From positions 13,764,001-13,828,000 of the forward strand of contig CM059449.1 in assembly GCA_030390025.1 (NCBI GenBank): 64,000 nucleotides of DNA, written 5' to 3'. Under the pieces are notes generated by a model. The model was not told the DNA's origin, ran no database searches, and saw only the letters and a list, made by a program, of their open reading frames with translations. Below are positions 1-12,100 of the stretch, one piece after another. The translations under genes and the position numbers were made by a program. This stretch comes from Squalus acanthias (Eukaryota). Within the stretch, counting starts at the first letter, position 1. Each line of letters begins with the position of its first letter.

Positions 1-280
1 TTCTAGCAAAATCGTAAATGCATTTTAATCGAATTATGTTCAATCCCCTCAACAAAGGGTGCGGCAGAATGGTTCTGACAGTTGACCTCATGACCCCTGC
101 ACCCAGGAAGAGGAAAAAAAGCACCTCAGGTTCTGTTAGGAACTGTCCCCATGTTGATGCCTGTCGAGGTTAGTTGGGCACCCTGCGGACCTTCTTCTCA
201 AGGGTCCCATATGGCCAATAGTCACTTGGACATGTTACCAAACAAATCCTTCCGGGCTGAGGAACACTATCCCTACATCT

Positions 281-482
281 GTGAGAAGTCGCACAACACC
301 AGGTTATAGTCCAACAGCTTTATTTGAAATCACAAGCTTTCGGAGCTGCTGCTCCCTCGTCAGGTGAAGGAGCAGCGCTCCGAAAGCTTGTGATTTCAAA
401 TAAAGCTGTTGGACTATAACCTGGTGTTGTGCGACTTCTCACATTTGTCCACCCCAGTCCAACACCGGCATCTCCACATCAT
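281..482. mobile_element. Penelope-derived palindromic (fold-back) element
   Basis: About 75-bp inverted arms gtgagaagtcgcacaacaccagg...; flanking direct repeat tatccctacatc at 268-279 and 483-494. Confidence 0.82.
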
Positions 483-548
483 TATCCCTACATCGTCAAC
501 GCTTTCAGAAGAGGGCAATATTTAATTTGGTACAACGACAATACAAAC

Positions 549-668
549 TTTTATTGCCCCAAATCAGTCGAAATGTCAGAAATACGATTAACACAGCTAT
601 CAACGCCAGCGCGCCCAGCAAAATCGGTGTTATGTCGGTCCTCGCATTCTTCGTTTCCTTTGTGCGGC
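549..668 (-). CDS. Gene A stalk/transmembrane exon (RTKETKNARTDITPILLGALALIAVLIVFLTFRLIWGNK)
   Basis: Acceptor tttatttcag|. 120 nt to a weak donor A|gtttgt at the position homologous to the gene B donor. Unspliced read-through stops at TGA 505-507. Confidence 0.82.
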
Positions 669-1365
669 CTGAAATAAATAGAATGAAGTCAGAGTTTTTC
701 ATTGATACTGAAACGTGAAACGAATCATCTAAAGGAAGCAGTTTCTGTACTGAGGGAAAATGTTCGCATCTCAGTGGAACCAGAATACTTGTACTCCTGC
801 CAGGACTGTGTCTTACCAGCAAAACTTCGCCCTCACCTCCCTTCTTCCAGAAGCTGAGCTGCCCTCCCTGCATTAACAGGACCACCTCCTTGAAAGAAAA
901 TGGGGGTGGCAGCTAAGACCAATGTTCAGAACATATCCTTTCAGCGTCCCAGCAGAAAGATGAAGCTGCTCCTGAAACTTCCATAGGCTGACTTGGAACA
1001 CCGCAGGAAGTAAAAGACACTGAATTCAAAGTGGGGATGGGACAGGGACTGGAAGTTCAGCCACCTGGAGGTCAAGGTCATATTTCCGGAAAGAATGAAG
1101 GTGTCTAACAAAGCAGTCGCCCAATCTGCATTTTGGACTCTGCAGTGCAAAAGGGACCACACTATGTACAGTGAATACTGGGGTCGTTTTCTCTGTTCCG
1201 ATGCCTGGGGCTATTGGATCACCTGGGCACAGCCAATCGAGGCGGGCAGAAGTGCACACCCACAAAGAATCCCGCCGGTTTATAAACACATTGACATATG
1301 ACCAGGCAGTCTCCCTTGCCGGCGTGCACTCTTCCCCAGCGGATTTTCTGTACTCACCGCGGCTC

Positions 1366-1531
1366 ATTTTAACTTTGAGCGAGATAGTAAAATGGGCGAT
1401 ATCGAAATTTGCGCCCATTAATGCCTGATTTTACCTTCCATTGACTTCAGTGGAAAGGAGAATCAGGGGTTGTGTGTAATGGGCTGCTGGTTCGATATCG
1501 CCCATTTAACACTTTAGCCCAAAGTTAAAAG
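1366..1531. mobile_element. Small MITE-like element with ~40-bp imperfect inverted ends
   Basis: ttttaactttgagcgagatagtaaaatgggcgatatcgaa ... ttcgatatcgcccatttaacactttagcccaaagttaaaa. Confidence 0.65.
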
Positions 1532-1762
1532 TACCTCCACCCTGCTTAGAACATCCAATGCACCCTGTCGCATGAACATAAATGTCTACCTCACAGTATT
1601 GTAAATCGGAGGAGGTAATTCCATGGTTGTCCAACATAGAATGAGTGTTTGCAGCCCCAGGCAATGTTGTCAGAGAAATTAATAGCTAATACTGCACGAC
1701 AAAGTTTCAACTAAAGGGCAGCTGCAAGTCAGCGTGGTGGGAGAGTGAACATGGTTATTTGA

Positions 1763-1984
1763 CATGATGCGGAGATGCCGGCGTTGGACTGGGGTGGACA
1801 AAAATGAGAAGTCGCACAACACCAGGTTATAGTCCAACAGATTTATTTAAAATTACAAGCTTTCGGAGCTGTCGCCCCTTCCTCAGGTAAAGTAACTTTA
1901 CCTGAGGAAGGGGCGACAGCTCCGAAAGCTTGTAATTTTAAATAAATCTGTTGGACTATAACCTGGTGTTGTGCGACTTCTCAT
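1763..1984. mobile_element. Penelope-derived palindromic element with perfect 90-bp arms (1804-1984)
   Basis: Perfect inverted repeat with a 1-nt loop at 1894; direct repeat catggttatttga on both sides. Confidence 0.85.
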
Positions 1985-1999
1985 GGTTATTTGAGAGGA

Positions 2000-3890
2000 A
2001 ACGTTCTCCCAGAAAATAAAAGGAGAAGGAAGGAATTCTTGGTGGTGGGATCATGTTGCATGTGCAGAAAATGTCATAGGCTAATCTTGTCAATGTGGAG
2101 GTTGGGGGTATGGAAGATCAGACAAGGAGTGAAAGGAGGGACCAGGGATGATATCAGAACAGTGACCGTAATATAATACGCTTTAAGATGATAATAGAGA
2201 AGGACATAAGTATGACAAAAGCCAGGTTAATAGATTGGAGAAAACCTGATTTTGAGGGGCTGAGAATAGAACTTGGGAAGATAAAATGGGCAACAACATT
2301 GGCAATAAACGATGTAGAACGACAATGGGAAACATTTAAAACGGTGTTCAACAGAGTGCTGGGAAAATATATTCCGCTAAAAGGAAAGAACAAACTAAAC
2401 ACTAATGAGACTCCATGGATGAATAAAGACGTAAGGGAACAATTGAGGGTAAGGAACGAAGCATACATTAAGTACATAGACAGCAGGGGAGTGCATGATA
2501 AGAGAGAATATGAAGGGATTAGGAGAGAAGTAAAAAAAAACAATTAGGAAGGCAAAGAGGAACTATGAAACTAAATTATCAAGGAACATAAAACAAAATA
2601 GTAAAATATTTTAAAGGTACATCAATAAAAAAGGAAGGTTGGGATTTGAATAGGGTCATTAAGGGATAGACAGGACAAACCCACAGGTAACGATTGAGAG
2701 ATGGCAGAAATATTAAATCATTATTTCGCTTCGGTATTTACCAGGGAGATAGAACAGGTGGACATGACATTGAATGATGAGATGAGTAATGAGATAAGTG
2801 TATTTAAAATAAAAAAGGGGATATATTATATAAACTAATCAAACTCAAAGAGGATAAAACCCCAGGTCCGGATGAATTGCATCCCCGTATTTTAAAATAA
2901 TCTAGGGAAGAGATAACAGAGGCTTTACTACACATATTTAATAATTCGTTAGAAAAAGGTGCCGTGCCAGAGGACTGGCGGATAGCTAACGTATTACCGA
3001 TATTTAAGAAGGGAGATAGAACATGTCCAGGGAATTATAGACCAGTCAGCTTAGCATCGGTAGTAGGAAACATAATGGAATCCCTACTAAAGGATAAAAT
3101 AGAAAAACATCTAGCAACGAAAAGTGTAATAATTAATAGTCAGCATGGATTTCAAAAGGGAAAATCTTGCTTGGCCAAACTCATTGAATCTTTAAAGAGG
3201 TAAGAGAGAGAGTAGGCAATGGTAATGCAGTAGATGTACTTTATCTAGATTTTTAAAAGGCCTTCGATAAGGTACCCCATAAAAGACTAATGAATAAGGT
3301 AAGAGAATGCGGAGTCAGGGGACAAGTAGCAGAATGGATTGCTAGCTGGCTTCAAGACAGAAAGCAGAGAGTGGGAGTAAAAGGTAGCTATTCACTGTGG
3401 CAGAAGATGGGTAGTGGTGTTCCACAAGGATCAGTGCTGGGACCACTGCTGTTCACAATTTACATTAACGATTTAGACTAAGGAATCAAAAACACAATTT
3501 CTAAATTTGCAGATGATACCAAATACGGGGGTGGGGGGGGGGGGGGGGGTAGTCAATACTGAGGAGGACTGCAACAAATTACAGGAGAACATTAATAAAC
3601 TTGCAGAATGGGCATATAATTGGCAAATGAAGTTCAACACAGATAACTGTGAGGTATTACATTTTGATAGGAAGAATAGGGTGCGAGTCTAGGTGGGATA
3701 GAGGAACAAAGGGATCTCGGAGTACAAATACACAAATCACTAAAAGTTGCGACACAGGTTAGCAAGGCCATAAAAAATGCAAACCAAGCACTAGGGTTTA
3801 TTTCTAGAAGTATAGAATTGACAAGTAGAGAAGTTATGCTAAACCTGTGTCGAACCTTGGTTAGACCACACTTAGAATACTTAGAGTACA
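2000..3890 (+). mobile_element. Degenerate CR1 ORF2 fragment in the gene A V-TM intron
   Basis: [30 protein letters not shown]. Confidence 0.9.
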
Positions 3891-4013
3891 ATTAGAAATT
3901 GGAAAACAAATTTATTATGTGACCCATACATGGATAATAGCACGAACATTTTCCAGCGACGCCCATCTCCCATAAACGAATAAAAAAAATCATTATTTTT
4001 AATTACTACTTAC

Positions 4014-4336
4014 ATTTAATTTCTAGCGTGTTGCTATTGTTGACACTTTGCCTCTCTCCTGCTATGTGACAGTAACAGGTCTCTGCGTCCCTCTCCGTCA
4101 AACCAAAGATTGTACTGCAAATTCTTTCATTGCCAAACGCCTCCTGGTCTGCTTTCTGCAAGCGCCCTTTATACAGCGGGTATTTGTTCAGATTTTCGCC
4201 AGTCGGTGGACCTCGAGTCCATTGTGCTTTTTTGAACTGTGAACCCTTTCTCTCGGAACGCACGGAGCAACTCAGTGTTACCGACTGGATCTCTGTTGGA
4301 GTTATAAAGGGAGAGAACTGAAAAATTTCACCATGC
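4014..4336 (-). pseudogene. Gene A Ig V exon (NKp30-like), 5' end out of phase, probably disabled
   Basis: FQFSPFITPTEIQSVTLSC...AQWTRGPPTG...YKGRLQK...LTERDAETCYCH...NNSNTLEIK is clearly homologous to the gene B V exon. Donor T|gtaagt is intact. No acceptor gives the V frame in phase 1; YYC is CYC and the GNGT motif is lost. Confidence 0.8.
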
Positions 4337-4414
4337 CTCTAATGTTTAATTTTAAATTCCGCCAAGTCTATAATTTACACTAGCCAACTATATATCTATA
4401 ATATGGGGAATGGG

Positions 4415-5085
4415 ATTATAGGAATAGAGAGTAGACCATTCAGCCTCTTTGTCTGTTCCGCCATTCAATGAGATCATGGCTGATCTGCGATCTAACTCCA
4501 TCTACCCGCCTTTGCCCAATAACCCTTAATACCTTTGGTTAACAAAAATCTCCGATTTAAAATTAACAATTGATCTAGCATCAATTGCCGTTTGCGGAAG
4601 AGAGTTCCAAACTTTTACCACCCTTTGTGTTTAGAAGTGTTTCCTAAATTCACTCCTGAAAGGTCTGGCTCTAATTTTTAGACTATGCCCCCTAGTTCTA
4701 GACTCACCCACCAGCGGAGATAGTTTCTCTCTATCTGCCCTATCTGTTCCCCTTAATATCCTGAAAACTTCGATCATATCACCCCTTAACCTTCTAAATT
4801 CTAGGGAATACAAGCCTAATTTGTGTAATCTCTCCTCCTACTTTAACCCTTGGAGTTTGGGTATCATTCTGCTAAAACTACCCTGCCCTCCCTCCAAAGG
4901 CCAATATATCCGTCCTAAGGTGTGGTGCCCAGAAGCACTCCAGGAGTTGTCTAACCAGGGCTTTTTTTAGCTGCAGCATAACTTCTATTCCCTTGTATTC
5001 TTGTCCTATAGATATAAAGGCCAGCGTCCCATTCGACTTTTTAATTATTTTCTGTACCTGTTCATGATATTTTAATGATCTATCT
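4415..5085 (-). mobile_element. CR1 3' end fragment
   Basis: YSLEFRRLRGDMIEVFRIL...RTRGHSLKI. Confidence 0.85.
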
Positions 5086-5087
5086 GT

Positions 5088-5124
5088 GTATATATATATG
5101 TATATTATGTGTATTATTAAAATA

Positions 5125-5158
<34 letters not shown>
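5088..5158. repeat. (TA)n microsatellite
   Basis: Direct reading. Confidence 0.9.
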
Positions 5159-5160
<2 letters not shown>

Positions 5161-5464
5161 GCTATTCTAATAATCATCTACTATATATTAAAGTTTGGCT
5201 CTTCCCTCTCTGTCATGTTCAAGGCCGCTGACGCATATGTAAGGAAATTCTGCATCACTAGCCATCCTTTAATTGACTGAAATAGCTCAGCCCTGTCTGT
5301 TGAACCCGAGAGCTGCTGGAGCAGAAGCTTCGCGCCCCTCCTTCAAAATGTCACATTTTGTTACCAAAACAAAAACAATCTTACCAAACAATTTTACTTT
5401 GGAATTGGCCATGAGTTGTCCTCAGACGTTTACACCAAGTTACTGGATGTCGCTAGTCAGACCA

Positions 5465-5840
5465 TTAGAATCACAGAACGATACAGCACAGCAGGACCCT
5501 ATTCGGCCCATCGTGCTTTTGCCGGGTCTTTGAAAGAGCTACCCAGTTAATCCCACCCACCCCCCCTGGTCTTTCACCGTAGCCCTGCAAATTTCTGTCG
5601 TTCAAGTATTTATCCAATTCCCTTTCGAAAGTTACTATGGAATCTGTTTCCACCGCCCTTTCAGGAAGTACATTTCAGATCATGACAACTCGTTGCGTAA
5701 AAAATAATTCTCCCTATTTACTCAATCAAAACCCCTCATAATTTTGAACACCTCTATTAAATCTCCACTTAACCTTCTTTGCCCTAAGAAGAGCAATCCC
5801 AGCTTCTCTAGTCACTCCACATGACTGAGGTCCCCAGTCT
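5465..5840 (-). mobile_element. CR1 3' end fragment (similar fragment at 36215-36570)
   Basis: TDSIVTFERELDKYL...LQGYGE. Confidence 0.75.
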
Positions 5841-8322
5841 CAATACCCCTCAGGGATAATACAGTAGATGTGCTATAGAAACAGAAGTGTTAAATGCAGT
5901 TCCATCTTGGCATTACACATCACAGTTGTGCTCCAGACTCCAGGCTACCCTTAAGCAACATCATCAAACACCCTCGAATCTATAAGCATCTTGCTCAGAA
6001 TAAATAATTACAGGCAGGTTCTGCGGCTCTGCGTATTGGCCACAACAGAGCTCTCTCCAGTCGAATGGAGCGTACGGGCGCTGCTTAACTCCAATGTCGA
6101 AATCACATTCCGTTCGATAATTGGGTGCAATTTACGTATATATTTGATTGATGTGACACTTTATCAATACTTATGCGTCTTAATGCTCTTCCTCCTCCCC
6201 GCATCAACTGAGGGTTGATGTCAATATTCGTCACATTTTGCAGCCTGTCCTACTCAATCTTTCACCAGAAATTAAAACCGTGATATTCCTGACTTTCCAC
6301 GGGTTTCCCCTTCCTCCTTCAATCAACGGACTGCCACAAACCAAGCTCGGCATCGCCAAATCATTATCAATTGATTTATCTTTTCATTTCTTCTACCCGA
6401 CTCTCTCCCATGATGTTCTGCACTACAGCCCTTCGCCTTACAGCTCTCGAACAACTCTCTGATTCTCCAGTAATTGTTTGATCATTGGGAGGTGGGGGCG
6501 GTTATTTCTCACGGCTGTGAGCAGCTTTTTACACTGGCAGCACTCCTCATTTCAGCCAGTACAGTAATAATATGGACAGTGTAAGAAGGATCTTCTAGAG
6601 TTTCCAGCACCTGAACTATAGGTTGCCCTGCAGGAACCTTTGGGAATGATTCCACATACCCCGCCACCCACCCCCCCCCCCCCCCCCCCCCCACCCCCAG
6701 TTCTCCATGTTCATAGGTTTTACAATGTTGCTAGAAATTCGACCTCGGGGAGTCTTTTGGAACTGTTTACCGCAGAATATAAGTGAATGTTTTAGATGTT
6801 CGCGCTTTAATGGTTAATATGGCGTCTCCTTTAAAATAGTGGATTGAGGCATGCCTTAAACCCTAATACCGCTCAGATTAATTTCAGGTCTCCTCTCCCC
6901 GGGCGAATCCCAGTAAAGGACATTGTCAACAGACTCAGAAGAAACACATATCATGATTGATCTAAGTATGCATGTCACAGACGCGAATTGGATGAAATAG
7001 TTGTGGGTGCGTTCTTTTGTCAGCATCTACTCGACTTTGTGCACCGGTGCGGCTTAGTGTTGTTATGCGGGATATATCCTGGGTTTCAGAAGACCCGCTG
7101 GAAGATTTCCACGCTCAGTGACAGAATGGAGATTGTTTTTCGCCGCCTACAGCTATCTGAAGCTACAGGTGAAGGATCCAATCCCACCACACAGCATACC
7201 TGAATAGGATGGAGACTGAACTGTTCAAAGCTGAACCTCTCTAACGCATATCCATAAAATTAACCCAACACATTTATTATCAGGATGCTCCCGTCGAATC
7301 CTAAAATTGTGGGACTTTCTCTATTTAAGCATTAAATGCAGGACCCTTTGGGTAGAAGCTTCCATGCGACTATCCAACGCGAGTGTGGCTTATCGGGAAA
7401 TCGCGGCTGTACTGCGCAGGATATTGCTAATATTCGTGTCAATGGACAGAAAAATCAGGGGCAATATTCGCACGATTTTCCTATAAGCCACCTAGTGAGC
7501 GCGAGACCCAGAAAGTGGCGCTCGAAAATACCCGCTCAAACTTCCAAGGTAGATGCAGGAGTGGAAGGTTTTTGATAGTGCTTCCGTCTTCGTGCTTATC
7601 CAGCGCCAAACAGAATTAATCGTACCCGGAGATCTGTACTGTGGATTTATTTTGGCTATTATCTGCGTTGGAATTTTGCTGGCCAGAATTCGTCTTAAGT
7701 CGATCCTGGTTAAATTTATGTATTAATGGCAGTAGCTTACTGTCATAAAAAATAATAGCTCGGCATTCAGTGCACGCTTCACCTGGTACCACTTGCGGGT
7801 TTTTGGTTTAATTTGAGGAGGGTGTGGGGCGGGGGGGCTCAAAATAGTGCAAATAAAGACTTACTTGTAGTGCATTCATTACGGAATTCTAAACATATAC
7901 TGCCGCATACGCTTATTTAAACATGTTCAGTATTAGTAATGACAATAGTGCTGCATGCATCTTAAACACAATGACATTATAGAAATGGTGCAGTTCAATC
8001 GCGAATCAACACAGGACTTACTCACATTGTGGACTGGTACAGGATGCCAATTTCTTTAATGAAACTGACACTGAAGTCCACAGATGAAGCTCATACCAGA
8101 AGCGATCGAATCAAATATTTACAGGTTGGCATTTTATATTCAGTTAAGGTTAAATTTGATGTTTTGCAACCATTAGTGCCAAAGCGATTTCCTGGCGAAA
8201 TCGTCTCAACATTACCATAGCAGACTGCAAATAATTCCCGAATGGCTAAAAGCTGCAATTGAAAGTTACGCGGGTATTCGCTACATTGTACAATTAGAAC
8301 CAAGGAGGATAAATGAACTCAC

Positions 8323-8380
8323 CAGTGCACAGTGCAAAGGGAATCAGTTGCATGAAGGCAAATCGCTGGATGAATTTCAT
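8323..8380 (-). CDS. NKp30/NCR3-like gene A, exon 1 (signal peptide MKFIQRFAFMQLIPFALCT-G)
   Basis: ATG at 8380, 58 nt, consensus donor G|gtgagt in phase 1. Paralog of 44566-44623. Confidence 0.85.
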
Positions 8381-8819
8381 CTTCTCTGTGCACACGCTGA
8401 AGGTATGTAGGATGTGATGCGGCCCCCAGATGGACAAACTCAATATGATAAGTGGGCGTGAATGGAATCATTTGCGGTCTCTCTATTTGGGTACACAGAG
8501 CTGCTGTTATTGTTCGACGCGATTGAAAAAGTCTAGACCTCAGGATGGCCAATATAAAAATAAACTCCAATGCCGACTGAAAAAAAGTTTACAGGCAATC
8601 CCCGTTGGCGCTTGTTTGGGAGTTCCGAGAGTAGAGAGAAGGTCAGTGCAAAAGATGTCCTTATCAATATATAATCGAACAAATTGTGCGCTTTTGATGG
8701 ACGCCGACGGCGAATATCAGGATCATCGATTACTCTCTGTTTTTAATGGACGGGAAACCACGCATTCTGGAGTTGCGGAATTTCGCTGTATTCAGTCAAG
8801 GCGGGCTACAAGAGCGCAC

Positions 8820-9120
8820 CTTTTTTTTTATTCGTTCATGGGATGTGGGCATTGCTGGCAAGGCCGGCATTTATTGCCCATCCCTAATTGCCCCTTGAGA
8901 AGATGGTGGCGAGCCACCTTCTTGAACCGCTGCAGACCGTGTGGTGGAGGTACTCCCTCAGTGCTGTTGGGGAGGGAGAGCCAGGATTTTGTCCCAGCGA
9001 CGATGAAGGAATGACCGATATATTTCCAAGTCAGGATGGTGTGTGACTTTTAGGGAACTTGGAGGTGGTGGTGTTCCCATGCGCCTGCTGCCCTTGTCCT
9101 TCTAGGTGGTAGAGTCGCGC
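8820..9120 (-). mobile_element. 3' end fragment of the same LINE family
   Basis: Collinear with 19005-19237. Confidence 0.7.
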
Positions 9121-12100
9121 CTATCGTGGACTCTGTGCTCATATTCCGCCGCCAAATAAAGTACAGAGAAATAAGACTTACTTTGCTTGCTATGTGTGCC
9201 TACATTCTAAATATCTTTCTTTTTAAACGCTTTTGAGGAGCTCACTGTCGATAGCGCCCTAATCTATGCAAAGAGCTCAAGATAAAAACACGTCACAGAA
9301 AGGAAGCGATTGGATAGATTATAGCCATGGCAACGAAGGTCATTAGCTATTGTCGTCATACGTTCCGTCCCTGAGACTCATCTCCTGCTCTCTTGACCCC
9401 ATTTCCGCTGAAGTGCTGACCACCCAACTTCCTTTGCTAGCCCGCTCCTCAAAAAAAAAATCCTTGACCCCTCTGTCCTTGAAGACCACCTCCCCATCTC
9501 CAAGACAAGGCAGTTCGGAATTTGAAATGCCGTTGTAAATGACTTGGCGAGAGTTTTTTTTCCCCAGTGAGTGAGTCAATAAAGAAAAACAACTCGATCA
9601 AGCATCGCCCACGCTGCTCCCAGACAGTTGACAGAAAAAGCCAACTGCCTAAAATATAACCCGATGAAAGGAGACCTAATTGCCTCCACAGCGTTCCAAA
9701 GTACAAAATTCAACCGCATGCATGAGAAATGTTCAAGCAAAGCTTTGTTTCGGTTGTTTGCACCACAGTGACCCAATTAACAAAGGAAGCGCGTTTGTTT
9801 GTTCCTGGTGAGGTTGAAACATATTTCAAGGTTTAAAAAGATGTCCAAGTGATACTAAATGTCATGAATGAGATATCAACCTTGAATTAAGCACAATCAC
9901 AGTGCCTATAGAGTCATAGAGTTATGCAGCACAGAAACAGGCCCTTCGGCCCATCGTGTCCCCGGCGGCCATCAAGCCCTGTCTATTCTAATACCATTTT
10001 CCAGCACTTGGTCCATAGCCTTGTATGCTATGGCATTTCAACTGCTCATCTAAATGCTTCTTGAATGTTGTGAGGGTTCCTGCCTCTACCACCCTTTCAG
10101 GCAGCGAGTTACAGATTCCAACCACCCTCTGGGTGAAAAAGGTTTCCCTCAAATCCCCTCCAAACCTCCTGCCCCTACCTTGAAACTATGCCCCCTGGTT
10201 ATTAACCCCTCTACTAAGGGGAAAAGTTCCTTTCTATCTACCTTAACTATGCCCCGCATAATTCTGTACAACTCAATCAGGTCCTCCCTCAGCCTTCTCT
10301 GCTCTAAGGAAAACAACCCCAGCCTGTCCAGTCTGTCTTCAAAGATGAAGCGCTCCAGCCCAGGTAACAGCCTGGTGAATCTCCTCTGCACCCTCTCCAA
10401 TGCAATCACATCCTTCGTATAGTGTGGCGACCAGAACTGCACACAGTATTCCAGCTGTGGCCTAACTAGCCTTTTGTACAGCTCCATCATAACCTCCCTG
10501 CTCTTATATTCTATGCCTCGGCTAATGAAGGCAAGTATCCCATATGCCTTTTCAACCACCTTATCTACCAGTCCTGCTGCCTTCAGAGATCTATGTACAT
10601 GCACACCAAGGTCCCTCTGATCCTCTGTCCTTCCTAGGCTCCTACCATTCATTGTGTATCCCCTTGCCTTATAAGTCCTCCCTAAATGGATCACCTCACA
10701 CTTTTCAGGGTTAAATTCCATTTGCCACTGTTCTGCCCATCTAACCAAAACGTTTATATCGTCCTGTAGCCTGAGGCTTCCCTCCTCGCTATTTACCACT
10801 CCACCAATTTTCGTTTCATCTGCGAACTTACTGATCATACCTCCTACATTCATATCTAAATCATTAATGTACACGACAAACAGCAAAGGACCCAGCACTG
10901 ATCCCTGCGGTACACCACTGGACACAGGCTTCCAGTCAGAAAAACAACCTTCGACCATCACACTCTGCCTCCTGCCACGAAGCCAATTTTGGATCCAATG
11001 TGCCAAATTGCCCTGGATCCCGTGGGCTCTTACCTTCTTGAGCAGTCTCCCATGTGGTACTTTGTCAAAAGCCTGACTGAAGTCCATGTAGACTAAATCA
11101 ACTGCACTACCCTCATGCACACACCTAGTCACCCCCTCGAAAAATTCAATCAAATTGATTAGACATGATCATCCCCAGACAAAGCCATGCTGCCTATCCT
11201 TGATTAGTCCATTCCTCTCCAAGTGGAGACTAATTCTGTCCCTCAGAATTTTTCCCAATAATTTCCCTACCACTCATGTTAGGCTCACTGGCCTGTAACT
11301 CCCTGGTTTATGCCTACTACCCTTCTTGAATAATGGGACTACGTTAGCTGTTCTCCAGTCCTCTGGCACCTCCCCTTTGGCCAGAGAGGTTCTGAAAATG
11401 TGTGTCAGAGCCCCTGCAATCTCCTCCCTTGCCTCACACAGCAGCCTGGGATACATTTCGTCTGGGCCTGTGGATTTATCCACTTTTAAGGCCGCTAAAA
11501 CCGCTAGTACCTCCTCCCTCTCAATAATAATTTGTTCAAGTATATCACAATCCCCCTGCCTGATTTCTATGCCTACACCGTCCTTCTCCACAGTGAACAC
11601 AAATGCAAAATATTCATTTAAAACCCCACCTACATATTCTGGCTCTACACACAGATTGCCACTTTGGTCCCTAATGGGCATTACTCTTTCCCTGGTTATC
11701 CTCTTGCCCTTAATATACTTATAAAACATCTTAGGATTTTCCTTTATTTTGTCCGCCAGTGTTTTTTGATGCCCCCTCTTTTCTCTCGTAATTTCTTTTT
11801 AAGTACCCCCTGCACTTTTTATACACCTCTAGGGCTTCCACTGTTTTTAGTCCTTTGTATCTGCCAAAAGCCTCCCTTTTTTTCCGAATCCATTCTCGTA
11901 TATCCCTTCACATCCAGGGTTCCCTGGGCTTGTTGGTCTCACCCTTGACCTTTACAGGAACATATTGGTGCTGTACTCTCTCTATTTCCTTTCTGAAAGA
12001 CTCCCACTGCTCTGATGTGGATTTTCCGACAAGTAGCTGATTCCAGCCTTCCCCCAATTTAGAACCTTTATTTCTGGTCCATCTTTGTCCTTTTCCATGA

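Noticed and set aside
700-1360. GC-balanced stretch with several overlapping ORFs in the gene A V-TM intron
   Set aside because: No recognisable Ig or TE motifs in any frame; left unexplained. BLASTX would be needed.
9576-9648. Acceptor-like ttttag|GCAGTT as an alternative terminal exon (other acceptor-like sites near 18632 and 36046)
   Set aside because: Only an acceptor-like site; no homology or motif support.
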